This document shows positions 39,349-52,759 of a DNA stretch of 64,000 nt, in pieces. This DNA comes from Octopus sinensis (lineage: Eukaryota), in the NCBI RefSeq assembly GCF_006345805.1, contig NC_043004.1:95108001-95172000 (forward strand). Direction: 5' to 3'. The notes under the pieces are model-generated. The model was not told where the DNA came from. It saw nothing but the letters and a program-made list of their open reading frames with translations, and made no database searches. Every line of letters starts with the position of its first letter. Position 1 is the first letter of the stretch. A program made the translations under genes and the position numbers.

Positions 39349-39412
39349 TGTAGGTAGTAGGTAGGTAGGTAGGTAGGAAGGTAGGTAGGTAGGTAGGTAG
39401 GTAGGTAGGTAG
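39103..39412. repeat. (AGAT)n/(TA)n/(AGGT)n compound microsatellite
   Basis: Directly visible. Confidence 0.95.
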
Positions 39413-40081
39413 ATTGAAATAAAAGATGAAAAACAAAACATTTGGCATCACTCGAAAAAGTATTCAATTTAGATACACAATATCAGTATATAGAGACTCC
39501 TACAGCTGTTTCTAGAATAGCCAAAAATGTGGATCATAATACTGAGAAAGGATTCCGTATATGTGAGTATATACACATATATATACAAATATATTTATAT
39601 GTATGTGTGTATGTATATATATATATATATATATACATGCATACGTTCAAACACATACATACAATATGTGGGTGGGGCGTATGTTTGTATATATGTATAT
39701 ACATACATATTTTATTTAAACAAAATGCAAGATGACTTTTTTCATGTAAGTACTCCCTGAGCAACCCGAAAACATACAAGAAAACTAACATTTCAATAAA
39801 AGTGACAAAACACTAGAACAAAGGAAGTAGGTACTCTCTTAAGGGCAGGAGATTGTGTGGACCATCGTTACAGGCACTCCTATATTACTTTTCGAGGAAA
39901 TTGGACTGATTTGCTTTCCAACCTGAAATGAGTGACATAGGCATTCTCGATGCTATCAGCTCTGACACCACAAAGTCACTGGATGATTCAATGGGATCGC
40001 AATGCAACGGCCATCAATTCCTTCTCAGAAGAAACAGCATGAAGATTCATCCAGTTTTATAACGCTGATTTTTATCCTTCC

Positions 40082-40305
40082 ATACTAAAATCCCTAAATT
40101 TTGCGATACGATTCCCTAGAATCGATAAGCTCGATATCAGAATCATTCTGAAAATGAGTAAATTACTCCTGTCTCATAAGGAATTTCGAAAGGTAAAAAA
40201 TGAAGGAAGTCCTTTGTTTGTCGTATGCATGGGGAGTTACAGCCCCCGCAGTACACACCCCACAGTTCGATCCTTATGACTGTATTGTGGATTGGAATTT
40301 GTATG
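40082..40305. mobile_element. Second copy of the 33507 element, without the SINE C insertion
   Basis: Colinear; single acagcccccgcagt at 40239-40252. Confidence 0.85.
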
Positions 40306-40431
40306 TTTGTTTAGGTTACCAATCTGTCACTTCAACATTCACACTTGGCAAGTAAGAAAACAATAGACGTTCAATTCTATACAAAAGTTATAGAAGAATA
40401 CTGTAACCATCCCCAAAGAATCTATCCTGAG

Positions 40432-40802
40432 TTGGGCCGGATTAAGACCCATAGTGGCCCTAAGCACTTAAACGGTTTTGGTGTCCCCATATATATGTAA
40501 TTCAATATATTTTTCAAAAGGAAACAAAACTGGAAAGTAATGTTTATTTTTGTATACTTCCAATTTATATTTGAAAAGTGTTCTATTTAATCGCAAAGTC
40601 TTTGATCAGATCCTAAAAATGTATCTTATGCAACACATCTGCTTCCTTCTATAATTAGCAGAGATAAGGCATCTCGAAAATTAGTTTAGCAAATTTAAAA
40701 TGATTTCTTTTGTGCCGTAAGCCATTTATCATTTCTGTAGTACCCACTTCCCTTGATGCCCTATGCACTTGCTTATTTTGATTAATGGTAAAACTAGCGC
40801 TG
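40432..40802. mobile_element. hAT-type MITE (degraded)
   Basis: Left gggccggattaagacc, right ggtaaaactagcgctg; 8-bp flanks atcctgag / gacctgag. Confidence 0.55.
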
Positions 40803-41581
40803 GACCTGAGTATAAAGCTGTTACCATCTTAACCAAGTTTGACTTCCAGGATGTTATAATAGATCTCAAAACTGGTAAATAGTAATCCCTATAGATAACC
40901 TAACCTAACGAAAAAATAGTTTACGTTTATAAGTACTCCAGCAATTTACTAGTTGTAAGTAGAAACCTAGTCACAGGCATCAGTAAAAGATTCTCCAGTT
41001 TAATAGTAGAGATCTTCGATACGACCGCATCTCATTAGGAAGAGGTCCAGCGAGAAGTGGCTTTTCCGATAACCTAACTATATTGCAGATAACCCACTCT
41101 ATCCCAAACACGGAATGATTTAGAGAGAGAAGGATAGTCGGGTTAAACCACCCATTTTTTCTAGCTATATCTACTTATATAACTTGAAGGTATCTGTCAC
41201 TAACTACATAGCATTTTCCAAACACGGATAAGTAACATACACACTTTAATGATAACATTAAAATTAGCTACTCTTGCTTAGATAATATCCCTTCCAAAAC
41301 CGCACTCTTCCACAGAAACTAACACGTGCCAATACAAAATCGATCTTTTCTTAAATGTTGTAATCTCCGATCTCTCCAACTCCCCATTGAGAGGAGCCTG
41401 CCTCTCAAAAGCTGTGATATAAAGAGCTATTTGCACACTATACTAAAAGCATCATGAGATTCTACATGGATATAAAAGATAATAATTGAAGGCAAATTTT
41501 ATGCAACTCATTCATTTCTTCTTATGTTCTTGTGTGAGTAGGGAGACAGTATCCATCTGACAAATTCACTTACAATGTATC

Positions 41582-41814
41582 TATTTCTTTACTACCCACA
41601 AGGGGCTAAACACAGAGGGGACAAACAATGATAGACAAAAGAATTAAGTCGATTACATCGACCTCAGTGCGTAACTGGTACTTAATTTGTCGACCCCAAA
41701 AGGATGAAAGGCAAAGTCGACCTCGGCGGAATTTGAACTCAGAACGTAACGGCAGACGAAATACGGTTACGCATTTCGCCCGGCGAGCTAACGTTTCAGC
41801 CAGCTCGCCGCCTT
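41582..41814 (-). mobile_element. SINE B1
   Basis: Perfect 17-bp TSD ttcacttacaatgtatc at 41565-41581 / 41815-41831. Confidence 0.95.
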
Positions 41815-42192
41815 TTCACTTACAATGTATCGGTCAACTCAGGAACCAAAGTGTTACGATGCCACGTAGTGAAACTGAAACTAAAATTACACAGCTGCGA
41901 AGCGAACACCGAAACCACATAGCGTTGTCTATACCTCTGCTGACCTTTGAGGAGTGGGTAAGAGGTGTCCGACCACATGCATATGTGTGTATATAATATT
42001 TTGTGTGTGTACAGTTTGATGTACGATTGCTACTGGTGAATTTAGAACTTCACATAGCGTATCCCCATGCAGTATACTTCCAGTTGATTGGACACACACT
42101 CACACACAGCATACAAACGCAACACACATTTCCAAAATCATTTACATATGCTATGTTGGTATGAGTATGACGGTCTGACAGGATAGAACAAG

Positions 42193-42421
42193 GTAGCGAA
42201 CTGGCAGAAACGTTAGCACGCCGGGCGAAATGCTTAGCGGTATTTCGTCTGCCGCTACGTTGTGAGTTAAAATTCCGCCGAGGTCGACTTTGCCTTTCAT
42301 CCTTTTGGGGTCGATAAATTAAGTACCAGTTACGCACTGGGGTCGATGTGATCGACTTAATACCTTTGTCTGTCCTTGTTTGTTCCCTCTATGTTTAGCT
42401 CCTTATGGGTAATAAAGAAAT
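42193..42421 (+). mobile_element. SINE B1
   Basis: 13-bp TSD aggatagaacaag at 42180-42192 / 42422-42434. Confidence 0.95.
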
Positions 42422-43145
42422 AGGATAGAACAAGTTGCAGATCACGTCTTCCTCCAAGGTTTCATTATCCCATGATCTCTGAGGCTTGATGCCTTTCCTA
42501 ACACCCATCACTTGACAGAGTATACTAGGTGCATCTTTTAGCAGCAGTTTCTCACTATAGTGGTTGCTTTGCTAACTGAAAGGCTAAAGATCTATCTCAA
42601 GCCCCTAGGTTGTCACTGCTCAAATCGATTTGCAATCACTTGGAGCATGCTGTGTACTTTTTGTGACACTACTACGAATGAGGTTGTCTTGCAGCTTGCA
42701 ATATGAAAGAGAGTACTCCGTGATGGAAGGAAGAGATTTATTGTGAGATGATGGCAATGGAGAGAATAATAGGGGAATGGTGCTTGAGAACTGTAATAGC
42801 CGAAGGAAAAGAAGAGGGGATAATTTGTAATGGTAATGGAGTTGGGTCAGTTGGTGAATCGAGTGAAGAAATGGATCAGTCCCTCTGCCTTCTCGAGATG
42901 GATTGGGCAGTTTCTTAGGGTTCAAGATAGTTCTTATTGGAGTTACACAGGTTTATTGTTGAGAGAGGATAGAGACAATGTTAGGAAGGGAAATACGAGG
43001 GGAATGTATATGAATGTAAATATACATATATGTGTGTGTGTACATATATATGTGTATATATATACCTATGTATATATCTATTTATTATATATATATATAT
43101 AGATTATATATATATTATATATATATATATTATCTATATATCTAT

Positions 43146-43467
43146 ATGAAAGAATGGAGTCGAACGAAGATGTTAACAAAATTCCTTTACTCTCGACCTA
43201 TTTACTTCCCTACCTATTATTCCTTTAACCCTTCTCTTCCTACTATCTATCTTTTTTTAAAAACACTCATTATCGTTTTGTTTACCATGTAGGCAGTCAT
43301 CGAAATTTTTGTTTGTCTTGTTGTCGAGAAAGGCTCCCTTTCTTTCCTGATGAGAAGATTGCATAATGCACCCTTTATTCCTTTGGAATGAAAACATGTT
43401 GTCTTCGAAACATATGTCGAGAGTAAAGGAATTTTGTTAACATCTTCGTTCGACTCCATTCTTTCAT
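43146..43467. mobile_element. PLE-like terminus with perfect 52-bp inverted repeats
   Basis: 43146-43197 is the exact reverse complement of 43416-43467; left end sits in (TA)n. Confidence 0.85.
43337..43429 (+). ncRNA. Type I hammerhead ribozyme with enlarged helix II
   Basis: Helix I CCUUUCUUUC / GAGAG(U)AAAGG; core CUGAUGA 43347-43353; helix II GAAGA/UCUUC; GAAA 43407-43410; helix III ACAUAUGU; GUC triplet, predicted cut after 43418. Confidence 0.8.
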
Positions 43468-43630
43468 TTATTCATATACAACACACAAATTTCTGCACAT
43501 GAACCCGGAGTTTCTACCCTTGGACAGGTCGCTTCAAACGTGTTTCTAACGTGAATTTGCTACCCAGGTTTCGGTTAAACGAATTTTCCATGCTGACGAT
43601 AAACATAGGATAATTCATTCACCTATTTAA

Positions 43631-43663
<33 letters not shown>

Positions 43664-43773
43664 CATACATACATATATATATTCGTGTATGTGTATACAT
43701 CCTTATAAACATGTATGTATAATCTTACATGCGCACATTTATATACACACATATATATATATACAATATTTAT

Positions 43774-43828
<55 letters not shown>

Positions 43829-44546
43829 AATATATACATATATATCTGTGAGTGTGTGTGTGTATGTGTGTGTATGTGTGTGTGTGTAAAGTATCTTCTA
43901 TACGTGATATGTAAACGAGTCTATGAACCTATGTGTGAGGTTACATATATGTCTTACTGTTCTTAGATCTATTTTTGTATATTTTTTTTCTCTAAGAATC
44001 ATAAGTTATCTCTGAAGAACTAAGTTATAGAAATTTCTAGAACAAGACAAAAATTGAAACTAAGAAAGCATATATGAAATAGTTATAATGAATACGTATG
44101 TTTTGTTTCACATTTATCTATTATTTATAAATATTATCTATATATTATTAATACATTATGTGTTTTTTTTATATACATTATTTTGTAATATGTATCATTT
44201 ATTTTATTGTATTTCAAAAGATTTTGTGGGGTATGGATCAGAAAGTAAGGCACAAAGTGATAAAATTGCATTAAAAGCTTCTTTGTGTGTGTGTATATTT
44301 ATGTGTGTGTGCGTATGTGTGTGTGCGTGAGTGTGTTTGTATGTGTGTGTGTGTGTGTGTATCTAGGTGTGTATAATGTATATGACAGGCTGGAAATGTG
44401 TTTGCTTATCTGTGTAATCTTATCTATGTGATGTTAATATATATACATATATATATATATGACATATGTATATACATATACATTACCTATATACATATAC
44501 ATTACCTATATACATATACATGTATATATATTACAAATATACATAT

Positions 44547-44588
<42 letters not shown>

Positions 44589-44744
44589 TATTTACATATA
44601 TATATATATATATATTTGTACTTATTTATATATATGCATTCATAGAATTGTATACACGTACTTATATGAATGTATGTATGCACACACATATTCATATATA
44701 TTATATGTGTGTATATACAAAGTTATGTATTTGTATGTAGATAT

Positions 44745-44810
<66 letters not shown>

Positions 44811-45545
44811 CTTTACGCACATGTATGCACACATTGGTATATATATATGAATGTGTGTATATATATACACACACACACACATCCACCACCACCACCACCA
44901 CCACACATACATACACACACATATTTATAACACTATCAGCAGTAACTATTTTCTCAAATGGAATAAAGCGACTTTGGAAGCAAAACATGAATAATAGCCT
45001 TTAAAATATTTTTGCTGTGCTGAATATTCAAAGAGAATATAGCATCTTGGAAAAGCAGAAAAAAAAAATCCTATCAGATGATTTTTCTGAATCAAAGAGC
45101 AGGAAAAACAGTGTAAGAATTTCAAGTGTGATTTTCACAGATACTTTATGGTAAAAGATGAAGAATAAAGAGAGCAAAGATACTAGAATGGGAAGCAATA
45201 ATCTCTTAAAGTCTTCCTTATTCTTCTCACTAGATTTTGTTATTGTTGCTAATGTCCCTCTTGCTGTTATTGCTTGTGTTTGTTTTTGTTTTTGTTTGTT
45301 GTTGTTTTTGTTCTTGTTATTGTTTCTGCTACTTCAGTTGTTGTTGTTGTTGTTGTTTTTGTTCTTGTTATTGTTTCTGCTACTTCAGTTGTTGTTGTTG
45401 TTGTTGTTTTTGCTTTTATGCTGGAAGAGGGAAGGAGTATGGTTTGTGTTGGATAAAGGTTGAATGTATATTATGGATTTCGTATTCATAGAGACATGCC
45501 TGCTTGCAATTAACCCGGGTTTGTGTAGAAATATGCATACATATA

Positions 45546-45580
<35 letters not shown>

Positions 45581-46074
45581 GTACAAAGTTACATGCACAC
45601 ATACTTATATACAGACATATACATACATACGCATCATACATACTTAATTACATACATACCTACGAATACATTGAAGAAATACAGGTATATATGTCAACAT
45701 TATAGCTACTAGCTTAAAGATGCTTAACTGCTAGTTGCTATATAGTTGTAAGTTCAAACTTTGCTACTGGACTCAAAGTTTTCCAAAGATATCACATTTT
45801 ACTTTGATTAACACAGTACACCTGGCCAGCAATAAGTGTCCACTCTCTATTCCTTGATGTGCAATCTACCTCGCTCATCTTGACCAGCCAGACTGTCAGA
45901 TGTCACTTTGAATTCACTGGCCACAGCATTTCATTCATTCCATTCTCGATTTCACCCTCCTATTCCACTGAAGTTCTATTATTCTTTTTATGTTATCAAA
46001 CCCATTTCATTAGAGGCTTTCTGCATAGCTGTTTCTGCTCATAAGAGTGCTACTTAACAGCTGCATGACACCAC

Positions 46075-46200
46075 TGATTATCGGTGCACCATGCAACACG
46101 ACTGACTCATCTGAGTTTGTTCAGACAGTATTTGGCAATAACATCCTTCACTCTGATTTTTACCCTGAGCTCTTTGAGAGATCACATCATATGTGCAATG
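46075..46200 (-). mobile_element. Possible RTE C-terminal remnant
   Basis: ELRVKIRVKDVIAKYCLNKLR*VSRVA resembles ELR..GV.DI..KLRWAGHVAR. Confidence 0.4.
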
Positions 46201-46330
46201 ACCAGTGACAAAAAAAGAGAATGCTTAGTAATTCAAAATATAACAATGAAACAATTTACAAAGAAGAAAATTACTGGATATAAAGCAAATTTAGAATAAA
46301 TATTCATGTATTCATGTATTCAATATTCAT

Positions 46331-46745
46331 AGGCGCAAGAGTGGCTGTGTGGTAAATAGCTTGTGAACCAACCACATGGTTCCGGGTTCAGTCCCACTGC
46401 ATGGCATCTTGGGCAAGTGTCTTCTGCTATAGCCCCGGGCCGACCAATGCCTTGTGAGTGGATTTGGTAGACGGAAACTGAAAGAAGCCTGTCGTATATG
46501 TGTATATATATATGTGTGTGTGTGTGTATATGTTTGTGTGTCTGTGTTTGTCTCCCTAGCATTGCCTGACAACCGATGCTGGTGTGTTTACTTCCCCGTC
46601 ACTTAGCGGTTCGGCAAAAAGAGACCGATTGAATAAGTACTGGGCTTACAAAGAATAAGTCCCGGGGTCGATTTGCTCGACTAAAGGTGGTGCTCCAGCA
46701 TGGCCACATTCAAATGACAGAAACAAGTAAAAGAGTAAAGAGAGA
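46331..46745 (+). mobile_element. SINE A, full length
   Basis: A box TGGCTGTGTGG, B box GGTTCAGTCCC, internal TA/TG repeat, (agtaaa(a)g)n tail. Confidence 0.93.
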
Positions 46746-47144
46746 GTATGTATGTGTAGAGAGGCCTGAATGTCATGTTAACTCAATCTTTTCTCTAACT
46801 AACAGCCTGCTTTATGTTAATTACATCAGCCATGATATAAATTAAGCTTGCTTTCCAATTATGTGGTCTTCATTCGGTCCTACTGCAGGGCACCTTGGAA
46901 AGTGTCTCCTATTGTGTCTCTGAGCCAGCCAAATCTTTGTGGGTGGATTTAGATGACACAAGCTGAAAGAAGTCCATCGTATGTACATGTGTGTGTTTGT
47001 GCAATTGTGTGTGTGTGTGCCTATCCTTATCTAGACAACGTATGATAGCTGTAAATAAACATCATACAAGTGAAGTTGTTTGGTTTCTACTTTCCCATGA
47101 AAAGACAGGTCTGGCCAATGGGGAAATATTAATTTACTCAAAAA

Positions 47145-47246
47145 CTGGTGACGGTTGGTGACAGGAATTGCACATAGCTGTAGAAAATCTGTCTCAACAA
47201 ATTCTTTCTAACACATGCCAGTATGAAAAAAGTGGATGCTAAATGA

Positions 47247-47298
<52 letters not shown>

Positions 47299-47352
47299 AA
47301 TGATGATGATGATGATGACGACAACGATGACAATGATAATGATGATGATGAT
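47145..47352 (+). mobile_element. Degraded family D tail followed by (GCT)n/(GAT)n
   Basis: agctgtagaaaatctg...catgccagtatgaaaaaagtggatgctaaatgatg. Confidence 0.6.
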
Positions 47353-48151
47353 TTTATTGACCATAAATGGATGAAGAATAAAGTAAACCAAAGCAGATAT
47401 AGAACTCAACGATAAAACACTGAAACACCATTTATTCTGGTACTAAAGTGTCTCTGATAGTTTTTACCATATTTTTGCTGAAGCCAGATGGATGAAGTCT
47501 AAATGGGGCCTAGGAAGGATTTGAATTAAATATGTGGAACAGATTTAAATAGAGGGGAGCATTTAACATAGCATTCTAGAAAATATGGATCTGGCCCAAA
47601 TGCTTTAATTGTGTGGATTCTGCTAATGGCATCAAGGGCCAGAAGATGGGTTAAACAGAATGATGGATAAAGATTACAACTCAAAGCAAAAACAATGCTT
47701 CTGAAAGGTTTCCATACATTTATTTTTGACCAAATTTCATGCACAAGTCTTTTGATTCATCTGAAACTTTGGTTTACAAAAATTGAGAAAATAATTTTCT
47801 CATGATACTGCACGTAGGAATCAATTACCCAAAGCAAAATCCTTAACTACACAACCATGCCTACACTCTTTCATAGCAAACATTGTAATACAGGGTAGTT
47901 ACATAGTTTTAATATTGCTTTTCTGTCTTATAACTCCAAAAATATTGCGGTGTAGCAGAATTTATCCCAGTTTCAGCAGCATTATGCATTTGAGAGAAAT
48001 TGCAGTCCCTTGATAAAGTTTCACTCCTTCATTGATTTTTGTATTTTGGCCTCAGAACTATATTGTTTATTGGAGTGATTTGTTCTCTGTGATACTTATT
48101 TTTAGCTAGGAAAACTTAGCCCACGAATGCTAAGCATCTTAACAATATATT

Positions 48152-48369
48152 CTTTTCTACTCTAGGCACAGGATCCGAAAATTTTGGGGAGGGAGCCAGT
48201 TGATTAAATCGACCCCAGTATGCAACTGGTACTTAATATATCATCCCCGAAAGAATGAAAGGAGAAGTCAATCTCAGCGGAATTTGAACTCAGAATGTAA
48301 AGACAGACGAAATACCACTAAGTATTTTGCCTAGTATGCTGACATTTCTGCCAGCTCACCGCCTTATTC
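48152..48369 (-). mobile_element. SINE B2
   Basis: 12-bp TSD taacaatatatt at 48140-48151 / 48370-48381. Confidence 0.93.
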
Positions 48370-49661
48370 TAACAATATATTAACCAATGATGGTCCACCT
48401 GACCAATCACAAACTACTATATGTACTGTTTCACTTCTATTCCATTTCTATCACTACTATGACCTTTATTCTAGACTTGTTAATAACAAAGTCCTTCCAC
48501 TTATGCCCAACTGACATTTCTCTTACACCAGCCATCATCACATTTGTAATTCATATCCCAGACCCCACACTAATCACTTTTCAACCAACCTTCAACACCC
48601 TAGAATTTATTCTCCATCTACCATTTTCTGATGCAAATTTCTATAGTCTGACTCTCTAACACACTTATATATCGTACCATACTATGGTTTACATAGCATA
48701 CAGGTACTTTTAATCTTCTCAAATTCAGCAGCCTGAAAGACAAGGGGCAAAGGATCTCTCCTTGGTGAGTTTTTAATGAAAAAGGAAATTAGTCAGTTCG
48801 ATCTCCATTTCAAGTGGAAAATGTCTCTGCATTGTCAAAGTAAGAGCAAATTTCTACATATTTATTAAAAATATGATAAATGACTTCATATGAGTATGTG
48901 TGCATGTGTGTATATATGTGTGTGTCTGTCTGTGTGTGGAGGGTATTTTGGGCAGGTTGGTGGGTGCATATAAACACACACACACACACACACACAGACA
49001 CATATATATACATATTTACACATACACATATATACATCTTTGTATTCATAAGTTTCTTGTCATGATGATGATGATGATAATGTTAATGGATATGATGATT
49101 GTAATGTTAGATATGCTATCACAGAGACAGAGAAACAGTACAAACTCCTAGCCACAACAGCCACAATTTTCTAATTACAGAGTCATTTATCAAACTACAT
49201 TATATCGATTGCACCAAGATCTAAATTAAAACCCCTGCTACACAAATGTCCTATGATTCACCCCAATGTCTTACTGAGATAGAAAACCATTTTATCAAAT
49301 CAACATTTAAGTTAAATGACCGACCTAAATGGCTTGACTAAAATGTCGCAATTAAATGGCCCGATGAAAGGCCATCTGCTTGAATGCCACCAGCAATATA
49401 GAGTCGTTTTGAAAACGACCTTGTTAAATGTTGTGTTTAATTGAATTCTCTGAAGAGCAAAGTGCTGGGGGACTGGAGAGTGTATAAATTATACTGGTGA
49501 ATATATTGTATTGTTAGGATCATTATTCTAGTATAATAAATGAATTTGGACAAATTTTGCAGTACATGGTTACCTGATTATTACCAGAACAACAACGTGT
49601 AACAAACAACTCTAACAGCTATAATAACTTTCTTAATGATGCTTATCACAGCAGCTCATCA

Positions 49662-49940
49662 CTCTGTTGATACTCCTGGGAGCTTGGCTTTTGTGTAAGG
49701 ATATTTACTACAATTCATGTCAATACTGATACTCCTAAGAACTTAGCTTTTGTTTTATGTTGTTCACCAGACTTAATCACAAAACTAATACTTCAAAAAT
49801 TTAGCTTTTGCTTAACAAATTACATCACAACTCAGTACTGATATTCCTAGGAGCTTACTGTTTGCTTTATGGTACTCACCTCAGTTCATTTCAGGAGAGA
49901 TACTCTTGATTGCTTAGCTTATGCTTTATGATACTCACCA
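49662..49940. repeat. Old degenerate minisatellite, ~5 units of ~55-60 bp
   Basis: Recurring (ct)gatactcct..gagcttagcttttg..ttatg.tactcacc. Confidence 0.65.
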
Positions 49941-49942
49941 AA

Positions 49943-50088
49943 GGGCGCACACTCTCCTACCCTGATGTAATCTCCAGGGATACAGGCATCCAGCAACAGG
50001 ACCTCCGTAATGCCATGATGGACCATGAAGACTGGCGTAGCATGGTAAATTCCATTGTCTCGACCACGGTCGAACAATGATGATCATG
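49943..50088 (+). mobile_element. 5'-truncated RTE-group LINE C-terminus with (TGA)n tail
   Basis: Open frame GRTLSYPDVISRDTGIQQQDLRNAMMDHEDWRSMVNSIVSTTVEQ*, with stop running into a tgatgatcatga tail. Confidence 0.65.
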
Positions 50089-50392
50089 AAAGTTAATTTC
50101 AATACTGATATTTTTGTTGTAAATCAGAAGAGTAGAAGATTAAGTTGTTCCCTTGAATGAAATTCATTCTATCAACTGCTACCGTGATAATGAAGAATTT
50201 TCGAGGATGAGAGAGGAAGATTTTGGCATGAGTCATAAATAAACTGATTGCCCATTCAGTAAGAGTTAATTTGCTGGTTTCTTCTGACAAGCCACACGGC
50301 CAAAGCTTAGAACAGAGTACAAATGAAATTCATTTGGTCCATTACTGTAGATTCACCTTGGTAGTTTAGATAGAGAAAAAGACCTATGGGCG

Positions 50393-50790
50393 CAGGAGTG
50401 GCTGTGTGGTAAGTAGCTTGCTAATCAACCACATGGTTCTGGGTTCAGTCCCACTGCGTGGCATCTTGGGCAAGTGTCTTCTACTACAGCCTTGGGCCGA
50501 CCAATGCCTTGTGAGTGGATTTGGTAGACGGAAACTGAAAGAAGCCGGTCGTATATATGTGTATATATATATATATGTATATATATGTGTATGTGTGTGT
50601 GTTTGTCCCCCTAGCATTGCTTGACAACCGATGCTGGTGTGTTTACGTCCCCGTCACTTAGCTGTTCGGCGAAAGAGACCGATAGAATAAGTACTGGGCT
50701 TACAAAGAATAAGTCCTGGGGTCGATTTGCTCAACTAAAGGCGGTGCTCCAGCATGGCCGCAGTCAAATGACTGAAACAAGTAAAAGAGT
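50393..50790 (+). mobile_element. SINE A, full length
   Basis: Colinear; aaaagacc flanks both sides. Confidence 0.93.
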
Positions 50791-50915
50791 AAAAGACCAA
50801 AGGTGGGATTTGAACTCAGAACAATGATGTAATGAACCCAGCCTTGTTTCCTACCGTATCATTTACCTGTTTAACGTGAAAGCAATAATGATGATAATAA
50901 GAACCTTAATAACAA

Positions 50916-51161
50916 CACTCTTTTACTCTTTTACTTGTTTCAGTCTTTTGATTGTGGCCATGCTGGAGCACCACCTTCAGTGGAGCAAATCGACCCCAAG
51001 ACTTATTCTTTGTATGCCTAGTACTTATTCTATCAGACACTTTTGCTGAACTGCTAAGTTACGGGGATGTAAACACACCAGCATCAGTTGTCAAGCGATG
51101 TTGGGGGAACAAACACAGACACATAAACATATACACACACGTATATATGTATATATATATA

Positions 51162-51226
<65 letters not shown>

Positions 51227-51388
51227 CGACATGCTTCTTTCAGTTTCCATCTACCAAATCCACTCACAAGGCTTTGGTCAGCCCGAGGCTATAGTAGAAG
51301 ACACTTTCCCAAGGTGCCACACTGTGGGACTGAACCCAGAACCATGTGGTTGATAATCAAGCTACTTACCACACAGCCACTTTTATGC
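50916..51388 (-). mobile_element. SINE A with expanded internal (TA)n
   Basis: Colinear; internal repeat ~90 bp. Confidence 0.9.
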
Positions 51389-52174
51389 CTAATGATTTTG
51401 TTTATAAAGGCCTTAAAATTAAGGAAACTGAAACATCATGAGTCATGATGGTATTTGGTTCTCTTGCATCTTTGAGTACAGAAGAACCAAAATGAAACAG
51501 TTTTCATTAAGAATCAAATGTAAGTTTCTGGATTTTATTTACTGGCACTTCACACATCTCACACATCCATCATGATGAGAAAGTCTTTGCAACAGCAATT
51601 CTTAAATTTTCAGGAACCCACAGGGAGATTTGGCATTTCTAGAGAGGAAATTGTGTTTTATGTTGCAAAATTCTTTATCATTATTACCAAATTTATATTC
51701 ACCAATGTTGATTTTAAGTTGTTGATATTAAATTAGTATTAGGCTATTAACATTATCCAATGAACTGTGTTGAAGACTAGGTTATTAATTCCTCCTATAA
51801 GTAGGAGAAAGTCAAAATGTTTAACTATTAAATTGGAGGGAAGATCAAAATAAACTTTAAAAGACTCCTTATTCGACTTGATTACTTGGCCAGCTAGTCA
51901 TAGCAGCTTAATTTTCTTTTATGATATTCTACCATCTTAAAGATGGTAGGGTACAATATATTCTAAGATTTATCATCTGAAAGTTAAGAAAATAATATCA
52001 TCATTGTTTGAATGATTTCGGTCAAAAGTTTGCATAGCTAGGGTCAACCTAAGGCTAAACAAGCAACAACAGTGATTATATAAACTAGGGGCTAAGTTTT
52101 AATATCAGTATTGTGTTAACTGATTATAAGCTGCTAAATGACCCTCAAGGTTCATTCTACCTTCATTAAGATAG

Positions 52175-52578
52175 TTCTGGTACTGGTTCTGGTTAACGTC
52201 CCCAAAGTCCATCCCCTCTTCACCATGGCGGGAACGCTGGCAACGGGTAGTGTCAGAGCTATGCCGTCGGAAACTTCGGTTTCTGGTAGGGCCACCCAAG
52301 GCGGATTGGTCTGACACCGAGTGATATTAGGGTCACAACCCGGCAAACAGGGCTCTGGTGAAAATCCTCGGAGTGTCTGCTTCAGCAACCGGCAGCTCCT
52401 TGGTCGTTCTGTCCCTGCGTCTGTGGACAATCTGCGTGCGGCAGACAGGATGTCTCCACAAGCAGGATTGTTGGGGACCACTTGTGAAATCCACATATTC
52501 CCACGAAACTTCTTCCATGAGTAGAAGAAGCCGACTCAACCCGCCCAGGGTGAATGTCTCCACATGTACAAGTAAGTG
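52175..52578 (+). mobile_element. Unclassified GC-rich retroposon 3' end (family G), AAGT tail
   Basis: 11-bp TSD cattaagatag at 52164-52174 / 52579-52589; second copy at 63379. Confidence 0.85.
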
Positions 52579-52759
52579 CATTAAGATAGGAACTACATAG
52601 TTTCTAATATTCAGCTTCAGATGCTATACTTAAACCAGTATGAGGAGTACCATAGCAAGAGTGCTCACTGAATGTTTTCATCTCTTTACTTGGTGATTTA
52701 TAATTGAGGGCTAATCAACCTAAATAAGTTTAACCAATAAAAGGGCCTTTACACAGTCA

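Noticed and set aside
46331-46410. tRNA-like sequences at the heads of SINEs A, B, C and E
   Set aside because: A/B boxes are present, but they continue into SINE bodies with tails and TSDs, and I could not fold a full cloverleaf
49358-49420. CCGATGA..ggc...gcc and a GTCGTTTT/AAAACGAC hairpin
   Set aside because: GAAA and the cleavage triplet are missing at the required positions
49662-49940. Regularly spaced repeats as a CRISPR-like array
   Set aside because: Eukaryotic context, degenerate tandem units without unique spacers, no cas genes
52105-52317. Protein-looking minus-strand ORF (..GEEGMDFGDVNQNQYQNYLNEGRMNLEG..)
   Set aside because: It crosses the TSD-defined boundary of the family G insertion at 52175, so it is a chance fusion
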